A stretch of 14,009 bases of DNA from an uncultured bacterium (lineage in GTDB: Bacteria; Lernaellota; Lernaellaia; Lernaellales; Lernaellaceae), in contig CAZHPN010000162.1 of the NCBI GenBank assembly GCA_964534375.1, positions 1 to 14,009 on the forward strand, given 5' to 3'. A model generated the notes under the pieces. The model did not search any database. It worked only from the letters and a program-made list of their open reading frames with translations, and was not told where the DNA came from. Position numbers and translations under genes: made by a program. This document shows positions 6,636 through 14,009 of the stretch, in pieces. Positions within the stretch are counted from its first letter, which is position 1. Each line of letters opens with the position of its first letter.

Positions 6636-9032
6636 TTATTTACGCTGACGGAAAAAATCAATCACGCTGTCGCGGTTCAGCGGGCTTTCACTGCGCGGTT
6701 CGGCGCCTTCCAGAAACGCCTCGTCCGCGGTCTCCGGACTGTCGTAGTGCGCGAGCAGGCCGGACCGCTCGTCGATCTTGCGGAAGACAATTCCCGGCGG
6801 CGGCTCGAACGCGTCGCCCTGCTGGCCGCGCGCGTAGTCGATCATGAACCGCGTCCAGATCGGCAGCGCGGCGCGCGCCCCGGTCAAGCCCACGTTCTTT
6901 TCGCGGTCGAAGCCGACCCAGGTCGCCGCCAACAGCGACGGCGTGTAGCCGACAAACCACGCGTCGTGCCCTTCGTTCGTCGTGCCGGTCTTGCCCGCCG
7001 CCGGGATCTTCAGGCCCATCCGCCGCGCCCCGGCCGCTGTGCCGGTCTCGAGCACGCCTTCGAGGATGTGCGTGACCAGATACGCCACCTGCGTCGGCAG
7101 CGCGCGGCGCGGCTTGACGCCGCGCTTCTCGAGCACGCGGCCGTTGCGATCGACGACGTCGCGGATGGCGATCGGCTCGCAGTAGTAGCCCTGGCTGGCG
7201 AGCGGCGCGTAACTGGCGGCCAACTCCAGCGGGCTCATTTCGGCGACGCCCAGGGCCAGCGACGGATACGGCTCCAGCTTGGCGATGACGCCCATCTGCC
7301 GCGCGGCGGCGATCACGCGATCGAGGCCGACGTCGAGCGCGACGCGCGCCGTCGGCACGTTGCGGCTGTGCTCCAGCGCGTGCCGCACGGTGACGTCGCC
7401 CTCGAATTTGCCGTCGAAGTTTTGCGGCGACCAGGGCTTGCCGCCGGAGGGGATCGTCAGCGGCTCGTCCTTGAGCATCGTCGCGCCGGTGAAATGGTAA
7501 TTGCGATCTTCATAGGCGCGCAGAAACGCCGCGGTGTAGACGAACGGCTTGAACGCGGAGCCGACCTGGCGGCGCATTTGCACGGCGCGATTGAACGGGC
7601 TGGCCGCGTAGTCGCGGCCGCCGACCATCGCGCGCACGTAGCCGGTGGACGGCTCGAGCGCAATCAACGCGGCCTGGAGGCGATTGTCGTCATTGGCCAC
7701 GAGCGATTTGGCGCTGGCCTCGAGTTCCGCCAGGGATTTCTGCACGGCGCGTTCGGCCATCCGCTGCAGCGCCACGTCGAGGGTCGTGTAGATCGCCAGG
7801 CCTTCGCTCTGCAGCACGTCCTCGCCGTAGCTGGCGGTCAATTGCTGGCGCAGGAAATCGATGAAGAACGGCGCGATGGTGCGCGACGGCATGTGCCGAT
7901 TGACCGACAGCGTTTGCGTTTTCGCGGCGACGAGGTCGGCGGCCGTGACGTGCAGTTGCGCCATCGCCTCGGGCATCTTCGCCAGCCGATCGAGAATGTA
8001 GTCGCGGCGGATGCGCGCACGCTCCTCGAATTTGCGCGGATTGTAGCCGGTCGGGCTGCGGATGAGGCTGGCGAGCAGCGCCGATTCGGCCAGCGTCAGT
8101 TCTTCCGGATTCTTGCCGAAGTAGAACCACGCCGCTTCGCCCAGGCCGCAGATCGAGACGCTGCCGGACTGGCCGAAGTAGATTTCGTTGATGTACACCT
8201 CGAAGATCTTTTCCTTCGGGTAGTGCATCTCCAGCACGATCGCCATCACCGCTTCCCGCCCCTTGCGCGTCAGCGTGCGTTCGGGCGAGAGGTACATATT
8301 CTTGACGAGCTGCTGCGTCAGGCCGCTGCCGCCCTCGCGAATCTTGAAGCGGATCAAGCCCTTCAACAGCGCGCGGAACACGCCTTTGACGTTGATGCCG
8401 TGATGCTCGAAGAATGCGGCGTCTTCGACCGCGGCGACGCTCCAGACGAGGCTTTTCGGGATCGCGGCCCACGGGATCAACCGCCGCTCCTCCTGCACCT
8501 GGCCGAAGAATCGTCCGATCAGTTCGGGCTCGACCTCGACCATCGGCATTTCTTCTTTTTTGGTCAGGTCGAACACCTTCGCGATCACGTCGCCGTTCAG
8601 CGTGATCTTGACCAGCCGCGGCTGCACGATCTCGCCCGGATAGGTGAACTTGCGCAGGTAGATCCACAGCGCCGTCGGCGATTTGAAGAACTCACCGGGC
8701 CGCGCGGGCTCATGATCGACCGATTGGTAGTCCAGGCGTTGCAGGCGGTCGAGGACGCCGGTGGTCAGCAGCAACGAGCCGGGCAGCATCGTTAGCGAAT
8801 CCGAATAGACGTGCGTGGGCAGCTTCCAGCGCTTGCCCTCGAATTTGGCGGTCAAGTCGTGGTCGATGGAAAACGCGTAGAGTCCGCCAGCGATCACCGC
8901 GGCGAGCGTCGCCCAAAACGCCAGATTGAACGCCCACCAGAGCGCGTAATGAAACCACCGTCGTTCGGAGGATTTCGCCGATTTTTTCCGCCCCGGTTCC
9001 GGGACGGTGCGGGACGCGCGCGGGCCGGGCAT
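6636..9032 (-). CDS. mrcB: Class A bifunctional penicillin-binding protein, PBP1B-type (TM, UB2H-like, transglycosylase, transpeptidase), 798 aa
   Basis: N-terminal TM. UB2H-like region 'KFEGKRWKLPTHVYS...LQRLDY...PGEF'. GT51 motifs 'EDAAFFEHHGI', 'GGSGLTQQLVKN', 'RKGRE', 'YINEIYFG'. Transpeptidase motifs SxxK 'GSAFKP', SxN 'SRN' and KTG 'GKTGTT'. Confidence 0.92.
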   Translation of the reverse strand: MPGPRASRTVPEPGRKKSAKSSERRWFHYALWWAFNLAFWATLAAVIAGGLYAFSIDHDLTAKFEGKRWKLPTHVYSDSLTMLPGSLLLTTGVLDRLQRLDYQSVDHEPARPGEFFKSPTALWIYLRKFTYPGEIVQPRLVKITLNGDVIAKVFDLTKKEEMPMVEVEPELIGRFFGQVQEERRLIPWAAIPKSLVWSVAAVEDAAFFEHHGINVKGVFRALLKGLIRFKIREGGSGLTQQLVKNMYLSPERTLTRKGREAVMAIVLEMHYPKEKIFEVYINEIYFGQSGSVSICGLGEAAWFYFGKNPEELTLAESALLASLIRSPTGYNPRKFEERARIRRDYILDRLAKMPEAMAQLHVTAADLVAAKTQTLSVNRHMPSRTIAPFFIDFLRQQLTASYGEDVLQSEGLAIYTTLDVALQRMAERAVQKSLAELEASAKSLVANDDNRLQAALIALEPSTGYVRAMVGGRDYAASPFNRAVQMRRQVGSAFKPFVYTAAFLRAYEDRNYHFTGATMLKDEPLTIPSGGKPWSPQNFDGKFEGDVTVRHALEHSRNVPTARVALDVGLDRVIAAARQMGVIAKLEPYPSLALGVAEMSPLELAASYAPLASQGYYCEPIAIRDVVDRNGRVLEKRGVKPRRALPTQVAYLVTHILEGVLETGTAAGARRMGLKIPAAGKTGTTNEGHDAWFVGYTPSLLAATWVGFDREKNVGLTGARAALPIWTRFMIDYARGQQGDAFEPPPGIVFRKIDERSGLLAHYDSPETADEAFLEGAEPRSESPLNRDSVIDFFRQRK

Positions 9033-9127
9033 GCTTCGTTCGCCTTATCGGTCGCTTCGGACCTTGAACATCGACTGCAAGGCGCCAGTCCCCCCGTTTC
9101 GCCCGACCCCGTGGACCCGCCAGCGAC

Positions 9128-9200
9128 AGCCACCTCGGAGACTTGAACTCCGGACCTGACGATTACGAATCGTCTGCTCTGCCAACTGAGCTAAGGTGGC
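9128..9200 (-). tRNA. tRNA-Thr(CGT), CCA not encoded
   Basis: Minus strand GCCACCT-TA-GCTCAGTTGGCAGAGC-A-GACGA-TTCGTAA-TCGTC-AGGTC-CGGAG-TTCAAGT-CTCCG-AGGTGGC-T forms a complete cloverleaf with anticodon CGT. It is followed by GTC rather than CCA. Confidence 0.97.
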
Positions 9201-9210
9201 GCGAGGGCGT

Positions 9211-9238
9211 ATTATAGTTAAATCAAATCGGCTGACAA
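9211..9238 (-). promoter_or_regulatory. Sigma70 promoter of tRNA-Thr (possibly reading into mrcB)
   Basis: Minus strand TTGTCA (9238-9233), 16-nt spacer, TATAAT (9216-9211), then GC-rich discriminator ACGCCCTCGC directly before the tRNA 5' end. This is typical stable-RNA promoter layout. Confidence 0.8.
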
Positions 9239-9301
9239 GCGCAAAAAACGAGTTCGACATGCATCCTTGCATCCGCCGGTGACAGCAGCTAAAGGATGGG
9301 C

Positions 9302-9574
9302 ATGAGTTTCCCGTCGTCATTCGTTCGCACGGTGTGGGAGAGGGCATCGCCGCATGTTCTGTTTTGCGGCGCCGCCGTCATCTATCCGGTGCTATTCAGA
9401 AACATCATCGTTTTCGATCGCCTGCAACTGTGGAGCGACGCGTTCCGCCAATTGCAGGGCGCCGAGCAATTTGTCGCCGCGAAAACGTTCCGGCTGGTCG
9501 GCAAAAGGCGCATTTTCCCCGATTCGCTTCGGGCCGCGGGCCCGGCGACCCGACGCCGGAGACCGCGCGCGTGA
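9302..9574 (+). CDS. Possible small hypothetical protein or gene fragment (90 aa)
   Basis: SD-like AAAGGA (9291-9296) lies 5 nt before the ATG at 9302. One hydrophobic stretch 'VLFCGAAVIYPVLFRNIIVF'. The Arg-rich tail looks like non-coding run-on. No family recognised. Confidence 0.25.
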   Translation: MSFPSSFVRTVWERASPHVLFCGAAVIYPVLFRNIIVFDRLQLWSDAFRQLQGAEQFVAAKTFRLVGKRRIFPDSLRAAGPATRRRRPRA

Positions 9575-9888
9575 CGCGAACAAGGCCGAGGCCGCGTTCG
9601 GGCGCGCCGGCGCAATTCGCTTCACCGACGGACGCCGCGCCACGTTAGCTGCCGTTTCATTTTTCGGTTCTGCCGAGCTATCCGGCGCCTTGGCCCGGAA
9701 TCGGCGCTGCACGGCGTACGCCGTTTCACCGTTCCGAAACCACGGCGTCGCCGCCGATGCGCTTGACTCCGCCGCAACGGCTATGCTGTACTTCGCACGA
9801 CGGCGGGGCGCTATTTCGCGGGGATTGGCTTGGTCGCGCGACGGCCGGCCGCGGGGCCGACTTGCCGGCGGAGGTCGTTTTTTAGTCC

Positions 9889-11211
9889 ATGAGCGACAGC
9901 GAATCACTTTTGACCGAGCGCGTTTTCGCCGACATCAAACGAATCTTTTTCTTGCGCGAAGCCAAGAGCGAATTCGTTCCGGGGCAGACGCTGGTGCGCT
10001 ATGCCGGCGCGGTTTACGACCATGAAGAAGTGAATGCGATGGTCGCCGCCATCCTCAACGGCTGGTTCGGCCTTGGCGCCAGAGCCGAGGAGTTTGAAAC
10101 GGAATTGGCCGCGCACCTCGGCGCCGCGGGCGGCGTGTTAACCAACTCCGGCTCCAGCGCCAGCTTGCTGGCCGTCGCCGGCCTAATGAGCCCGGCGTTG
10201 CCGGATCGCTTGCGCCCCGGCGACGAAATTATCGCGCCCGCCTGTTGTTTTCCGACGACGATCAATCCGTCGATCGTTCTCGGCCTGACGCCGGTTTTTA
10301 TTGATATAGTTCCCGGCACGTACACCATCGACGTCGATGACTTGCTCCGCGCTCTGTCCGCCGCCACGCGCGCGATCATCGTGCATCACACGCTCGGCAA
10401 TCCCAACGAAATGGCGCCGATCATGGAGTTCGCGCAGCGGCGCAATTTATTTGTCATCGAAGACAATTGCGGCACCATCGGCTCGGAGTACGACGGCCGG
10501 AAGACCGGGTCGTTCGGCGACTTGGCCTTCGAGTCGTTTTATCCCGCGCACCATCTCACGATCGGCGAAGGCGGCATGGCCCTCTACAATGACGAACGCT
10601 TCGCGCGGCCGCTGCGGTCGTTGCGCGACTGGGGCCGCGCCTGCTTCTGCCGCGGCGACGAGCAAGCGACGCTCGGCGCCTGCGGCCAGCGGTTTTCGCA
10701 CGCGATCGACGGCCGCGCTTACGATCACAAATACCTGTACAGCGAAATCGGCTACAATTTGAAACCCGTCGAATTCCAAGCGGCCATGGGCCTGGCGCAG
10801 TTGAAGAAACTGCCCGCCTTCCTGGCGCAGCGCGCCCGCAACTTCGCGCGCCTGCACGCCCGGCTCGCCGACCTGGCGGATGTTTTCATCCTGCCGGAGA
10901 GCCTGCCGGCGGCGAAGGCCAGTTGGTTCGCCTTTCCGCTGACGATCCGGGCCGGGGCGCCGTTCGACCGTTCCGCCGTCACAACGTTCTTGGAGGATCG
11001 CCGAATCCAGACGCGGCCCCTGCTGGCGGGCAACATCCTACGGCACCCGGCGTACCGCGAGACGCGCTGCCGCGTCGTCGGCGAGTTGACGAACTCCGAC
11101 TACCTGCTGCACCACGCATTTTTCGTGGGAATTTACCCGGGGCTGGGAGACCGGGAAATGGATTATATTGCCGACGTCTTGCAGGAATTCGTGCAGCAAC
11201 GTCGGAAATAA
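9889..11211 (+). CDS. rfbH: RfbH/DdhC (E1)-type NDP-4-keto-6-deoxyglucose 3-dehydrase (PMP/[2Fe-2S]; DegT/DnrJ superfamily), 440 aa
   Basis: 'TNSGSSASLLA', 'CFPTTINP', 'HTLGNP', 'IEDNC'. 'SFYPAHHLTIGEGG' has His in place of the Schiff-base Lys, diagnostic of E1/ColD-type dehydrases. Also the Cys cluster 'RDWGRACFC...ACGQRF' and 'YDHKYLYSEIGYNLK'. Confidence 0.88.
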   Translation: MSDSESLLTERVFADIKRIFFLREAKSEFVPGQTLVRYAGAVYDHEEVNAMVAAILNGWFGLGARAEEFETELAAHLGAAGGVLTNSGSSASLLAVAGLMSPALPDRLRPGDEIIAPACCFPTTINPSIVLGLTPVFIDIVPGTYTIDVDDLLRALSAATRAIIVHHTLGNPNEMAPIMEFAQRRNLFVIEDNCGTIGSEYDGRKTGSFGDLAFESFYPAHHLTIGEGGMALYNDERFARPLRSLRDWGRACFCRGDEQATLGACGQRFSHAIDGRAYDHKYLYSEIGYNLKPVEFQAAMGLAQLKKLPAFLAQRARNFARLHARLADLADVFILPESLPAAKASWFAFPLTIRAGAPFDRSAVTTFLEDRRIQTRPLLAGNILRHPAYRETRCRVVGELTNSDYLLHHAFFVGIYPGLGDREMDYIADVLQEFVQQRRK

Positions 11212-11245
11212 GCGCCGGCCCCGCCGACCGCGAAAGCAGCGCCAG

Positions 11246-12364
11246 ATGATCGACGACAAACCTATTTTCATGAACGGCCCCTGGATCACCGACCTCGAAA
11301 TCAAAGTCGTCGACGACTGCATGCGCGGCGGTTGGTACGATTATCACTTCGTGGAAATGTTCGAACAGGAATTTGCGGCGTATCACGGGCGTAAATACGG
11401 CCTGATGACGCCCAACTGCACGACGGCGATTCATCTAGCCTTGACGGCGATGGGCCTCCGGGAAGGCGACGAGGTGATCGCGCCGGATTGCACCTGGATC
11501 GGCAGCGTCGCCGGCGTCACCTATTTGCGGGCGACGCCGGTATTTTGCGACATCGACGCCGCGACCTGGTGTTTGGATCCGGAGTCGGCGGCGCGCGGCC
11601 TGTCGCCGCGCACCAAAGCGATGATCGTCGTCGATCTGTACGGGAACATGCCGCGGATGGACGAGTTGCTCGCGCTCGCGCAATCGCACAACATCCCCGT
11701 GCTCGAGGACGCGGCGAACGCGGTGGGCTCGACGTACAAAGGCGTCCGCGCGGGCAAGTTCGGCCTGGTCTCGGTCTTCAGTTTCCATCGCACCAAGACA
11801 ATCGTCACCGGCGAAGGCGGCATGTTGCTGACCGATGACGAGCAACTGTTCGAGCGCTGCCGCGTCCTGCGGGACCACGGCCGCCGCCCTGGCGGGCCGC
11901 CCTATTACAATTACGAGGTTGCCTACAAATACATGCCGTTCAATCTGCAGGCGGCGATGGGCCACGCCCAATTTCAACGGCTTGAGGAACTGGTCGGCAG
12001 GAAGCGCTCGCTCCTGCAACAATATCGCGATTTGCTGGCGGACATTCCGGACATTCAACTCAATCCCGAGCCGCCCGACGGCGTCAACGGCGCGTGGGTC
12101 ACGGCGTTGGTGTTCGGCCGCAGCCATCGGCTCACGAAAGCCGAGGCGATGCGACGCCTGACGGAATTGGGGCTGCCGACGCGGCCGTTCTTCTATCCGT
12201 TGACGGCGATGCCGGCCTACGCGGCCGCCGGCGCCGGCCGCGCGCCGAACGCCGTGGCGCATGATATCTCGGACCGCGGAATCATTTTGCCCGCGGCGCC
12301 GATCCTGACGGAAGCGCAACTCTCGCGTTACTGCGACGGCATCAAGAAAATCATCGGCCTGTGA
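11246..12364 (+). CDS. DegT/DnrJ/EryC1/StrS-family sugar aminotransferase (perosamine synthase-like), 372 aa
   Basis: 'NCTTAIHLAL', 'GDEVIAP', 'ATPVFCDID', 'VDLYGN', 'VLEDAA', and 'SFHRTKTIVTGEGG' with the catalytic Lys retained. ATG at 11246 chosen, 34 nt after the rfbH stop. The longer ORF start overlaps rfbH. Confidence 0.92.
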   Translation: MIDDKPIFMNGPWITDLEIKVVDDCMRGGWYDYHFVEMFEQEFAAYHGRKYGLMTPNCTTAIHLALTAMGLREGDEVIAPDCTWIGSVAGVTYLRATPVFCDIDAATWCLDPESAARGLSPRTKAMIVVDLYGNMPRMDELLALAQSHNIPVLEDAANAVGSTYKGVRAGKFGLVSVFSFHRTKTIVTGEGGMLLTDDEQLFERCRVLRDHGRRPGGPPYYNYEVAYKYMPFNLQAAMGHAQFQRLEELVGRKRSLLQQYRDLLADIPDIQLNPEPPDGVNGAWVTALVFGRSHRLTKAEAMRRLTELGLPTRPFFYPLTAMPAYAAAGAGRAPNAVAHDISDRGIILPAAPILTEAQLSRYCDGIKKIIGL

Positions 12365-12884
12365 TCGCGGGCAATGGAGGTGAGTGCGCGCAGGCGATCG
12401 ACTCGGGCGCCTCGGCGACGGTTTCGCCCGGATAGCCGAACGGACCGGGCGGGTCGCGATCGTCGATGAACGCCGCCCGCCGGATTCGCCCGCACGCCGC
12501 GGTTCGCGCCAGGCCGGCCCGGGAACGTCATGGAAACCCCCGCCCTCCGGCGGCATCTAGCCCTTTCGCGGCGTTATGGTATCCTCGAAGTATGTGTTTT
12601 TCTCAGGGGATGGCCGTTTGATCGGGCATTATCGAGACCCACCGTGTACGGCGCGGCGCGCCCCGCAACGTGCTGGAAAATAAGCTGCAAGTTCCGAGTT
12701 CGGCCGCGCATGGAGGATGCCGCCTGCCGCGATGCAAGAACGCCGTCGGGCGGCATGCGTGACGTTTTCCGCGAAAAATCGCCGGCGCCGGCGGCCGTTT
12801 CGCGACCTAACAGATTGTTATTACTGCTGTTTTATTTTCATGGACAGAGAGGTTTTTGTTTGATAGGTTGATGGTGTTTCTAGT

Positions 12885-12912
12885 TTGACAACGTCGCTTT
12901 GCAATTTAGATT
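12885..12912 (+). promoter_or_regulatory. Putative sigma70 promoter for the downstream secreted-protein gene
   Basis: TTGACA (12885-12890), 16-nt spacer, TAGATT (12907-12912), within an AT-rich patch (about 12805-12915). Confidence 0.5.
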
Positions 12913-13035
12913 TGCGCGTTATGGCGGCCCTGGGGTAGCAGCGAAGCTGCTGGCCGATCAACACTGAAATGCTTCTCCGATCTCGCCGGTTCCGCCGGCG
13001 AGTTGCGACGAAGTTTGGGGCCAAGGGGGCATGGC

Positions 13036-13944
13036 ATGAGACCACTATACCGCCGGGCGCTCGTGGGCGCCTTGGTGCTGCTGACCGCGGTGCTGGCGAT
13101 TCAATCGGTCGTCAGCGCGGCGAAAAAAAAGCCGCTGGCGCACAATGACATCCCGCCGGCGATGGTGATTCCGTCGCGGCCGGCCGATGCGATCACCGGT
13201 TCCGAGTTCGCCCGCCGGACCGAGGGCATGTCCGAAGCCGAACGGCAAGCGGCGGCGCTCGTCGAATTGCGATCTGGGAATGTTCCCCCGTCGTCCCGCC
13301 GCCTTACGGCGGTTTCGATGACGGGCGAGAGCCCGGACGGACAACCTGTTACCGCCACGGTCTGGGTCATGCCCGACTATTTGTCGATCGGCTCGGACCA
13401 GGATTTCTTGCGGGCGCCGCTGACCTATTCCTCGGCTGCCGCCATCGCCAACGAATTCGGGGCGGTGCTGCCGACGCCCAAGATCGTGGACGCGGTCTAC
13501 GACCGTTCGACGGAACGCCTGACGCCGCAGCCCCTGCCCGCCGGCCGCGGCATGCGCTCGAGCGAATACTGCCTGCGGCATCACGAGATGATCCAGCAGC
13601 AACTCCAGCGGATCGAACCCCGGCGAATCGGCGACCTGGTTGCGGGCCACAAGAAAGATGTGGTCATCACCAATCGTTTGCTGAAGAAACCCCGCCAAAT
13701 TGCGATCTACGGCTGGCACCGGTCGTCGGGCAAACCGATCCAGCCCCTGAGTACGGTCCATGAAGCCGAATACGCGGATTACAGCCATGGCGTGCGGCTC
13801 GTCAGTCGGACGGTCCGGATCGACGGCCAGAAGCATTCGATCGTTCGCGCGCTGGAAGACCCGCGCGTGGCCCCGGCCCTGAGCTACGAAGGCCCGCTGA
13901 TGAACGTCGATCGCCTCATGCGGCGCACCGTCCCGATTCCATAA
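13036..13944 (+). CDS. Exported protein of unknown function, 302 aa
   Basis: SD-like AAGGGGG (13023-13029), ATG at 13036. Signal peptide 'MRPLYRRALVGALVLLTAVLAIQSVVSA/A'. Globular, motif-rich body 'VMPDYLSIGSDQDFLRAPLT', 'LPTPKIVD', 'AGHKKDVVI', 'IYGWH', 'IQPLSTVH', 'YADYSHGVRLV', with GC3-rich codon usage. Confidence 0.85.
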   Translation: MRPLYRRALVGALVLLTAVLAIQSVVSAAKKKPLAHNDIPPAMVIPSRPADAITGSEFARRTEGMSEAERQAAALVELRSGNVPPSSRRLTAVSMTGESPDGQPVTATVWVMPDYLSIGSDQDFLRAPLTYSSAAAIANEFGAVLPTPKIVDAVYDRSTERLTPQPLPAGRGMRSSEYCLRHHEMIQQQLQRIEPRRIGDLVAGHKKDVVITNRLLKKPRQIAIYGWHRSSGKPIQPLSTVHEAEYADYSHGVRLVSRTVRIDGQKHSIVRALEDPRVAPALSYEGPLMNVDRLMRRTVPIP

Positions 13945-14009
13945 GCCGAAGTTCCCGGCCAAGAAACTAATAAGTGGCTGATTATTCAGGGAAAGTGCAG
14001 AAATCGGCG

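Noticed and set aside
6509..6847. 112-aa plus-strand ORF starting in the NmrA/mrcB spacer
   Set aside because: No SD, atypical composition, a 212-bp antisense overlap with the mrcB 3' end, and no recognisable motif.
8301..8336. PBP transglycosylase motif 2 reads GGSGLTQQ rather than GxSTxTQQ
   Set aside because: Single substitution with the catalytic Glu motif (EDxxFxxHxG) and the other motifs intact, so there are no grounds to call the domain inactive.
9033..9127. Possible second tRNA (e.g. tRNA-Sec, given a TTCAA on the minus strand) downstream of tRNA-Thr
   Set aside because: No acceptor stem, T-arm or anticodon stem can be built around it; only one 5-bp hairpin is present.
9763..9792. 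TTGACT with TATGCT as a promoter for rfbH
   Set aside because: The spacing is 13 nt, and there is no good -10 hexamer at 16-18 nt.
13971..13983. IHF-like site TAAGTGGCTGATT near the window end
   Set aside because: One mismatch to a short degenerate consensus, and the downstream context is outside the window, so it cannot be supported.

Overview
GC-rich bacterial chromosomal window, mostly housekeeping. In order: the 3' part of a MoxR-type AAA ATPase (+); a minus-strand yebC-ruvC-ruvA-ruvB operon followed by a low-molecular-weight protein phosphatase, with heptamer-repeat cassettes in two spacers; a divergent membrane-anchored DUF4760-like/rhodanese fusion gene followed by an NmrA-like oxidoreductase (+); a PBP1B-type gene downstream of tRNA-Thr(CGT) (-); an RfbH/E1-type 3-dehydrase plus DegT/DnrJ aminotransferase pair (+); and a secreted protein of unknown function (+). 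The main finding is that the ORF track's stop at 5196-5198 is probably a selenocysteine codon. It sits in the rhodanese active-site loop (YCA-U-PDEATSARAA), the frame continues 42 codons to complete the domain, and a SECIS-like hairpin follows immediately. This gives a probable 281-aa selenoprotein (TM + DUF4760-like + CxxC + Sec-rhodanese) that standard gene callers would truncate. All family assignments come from motif recognition by eye; no database search was run.
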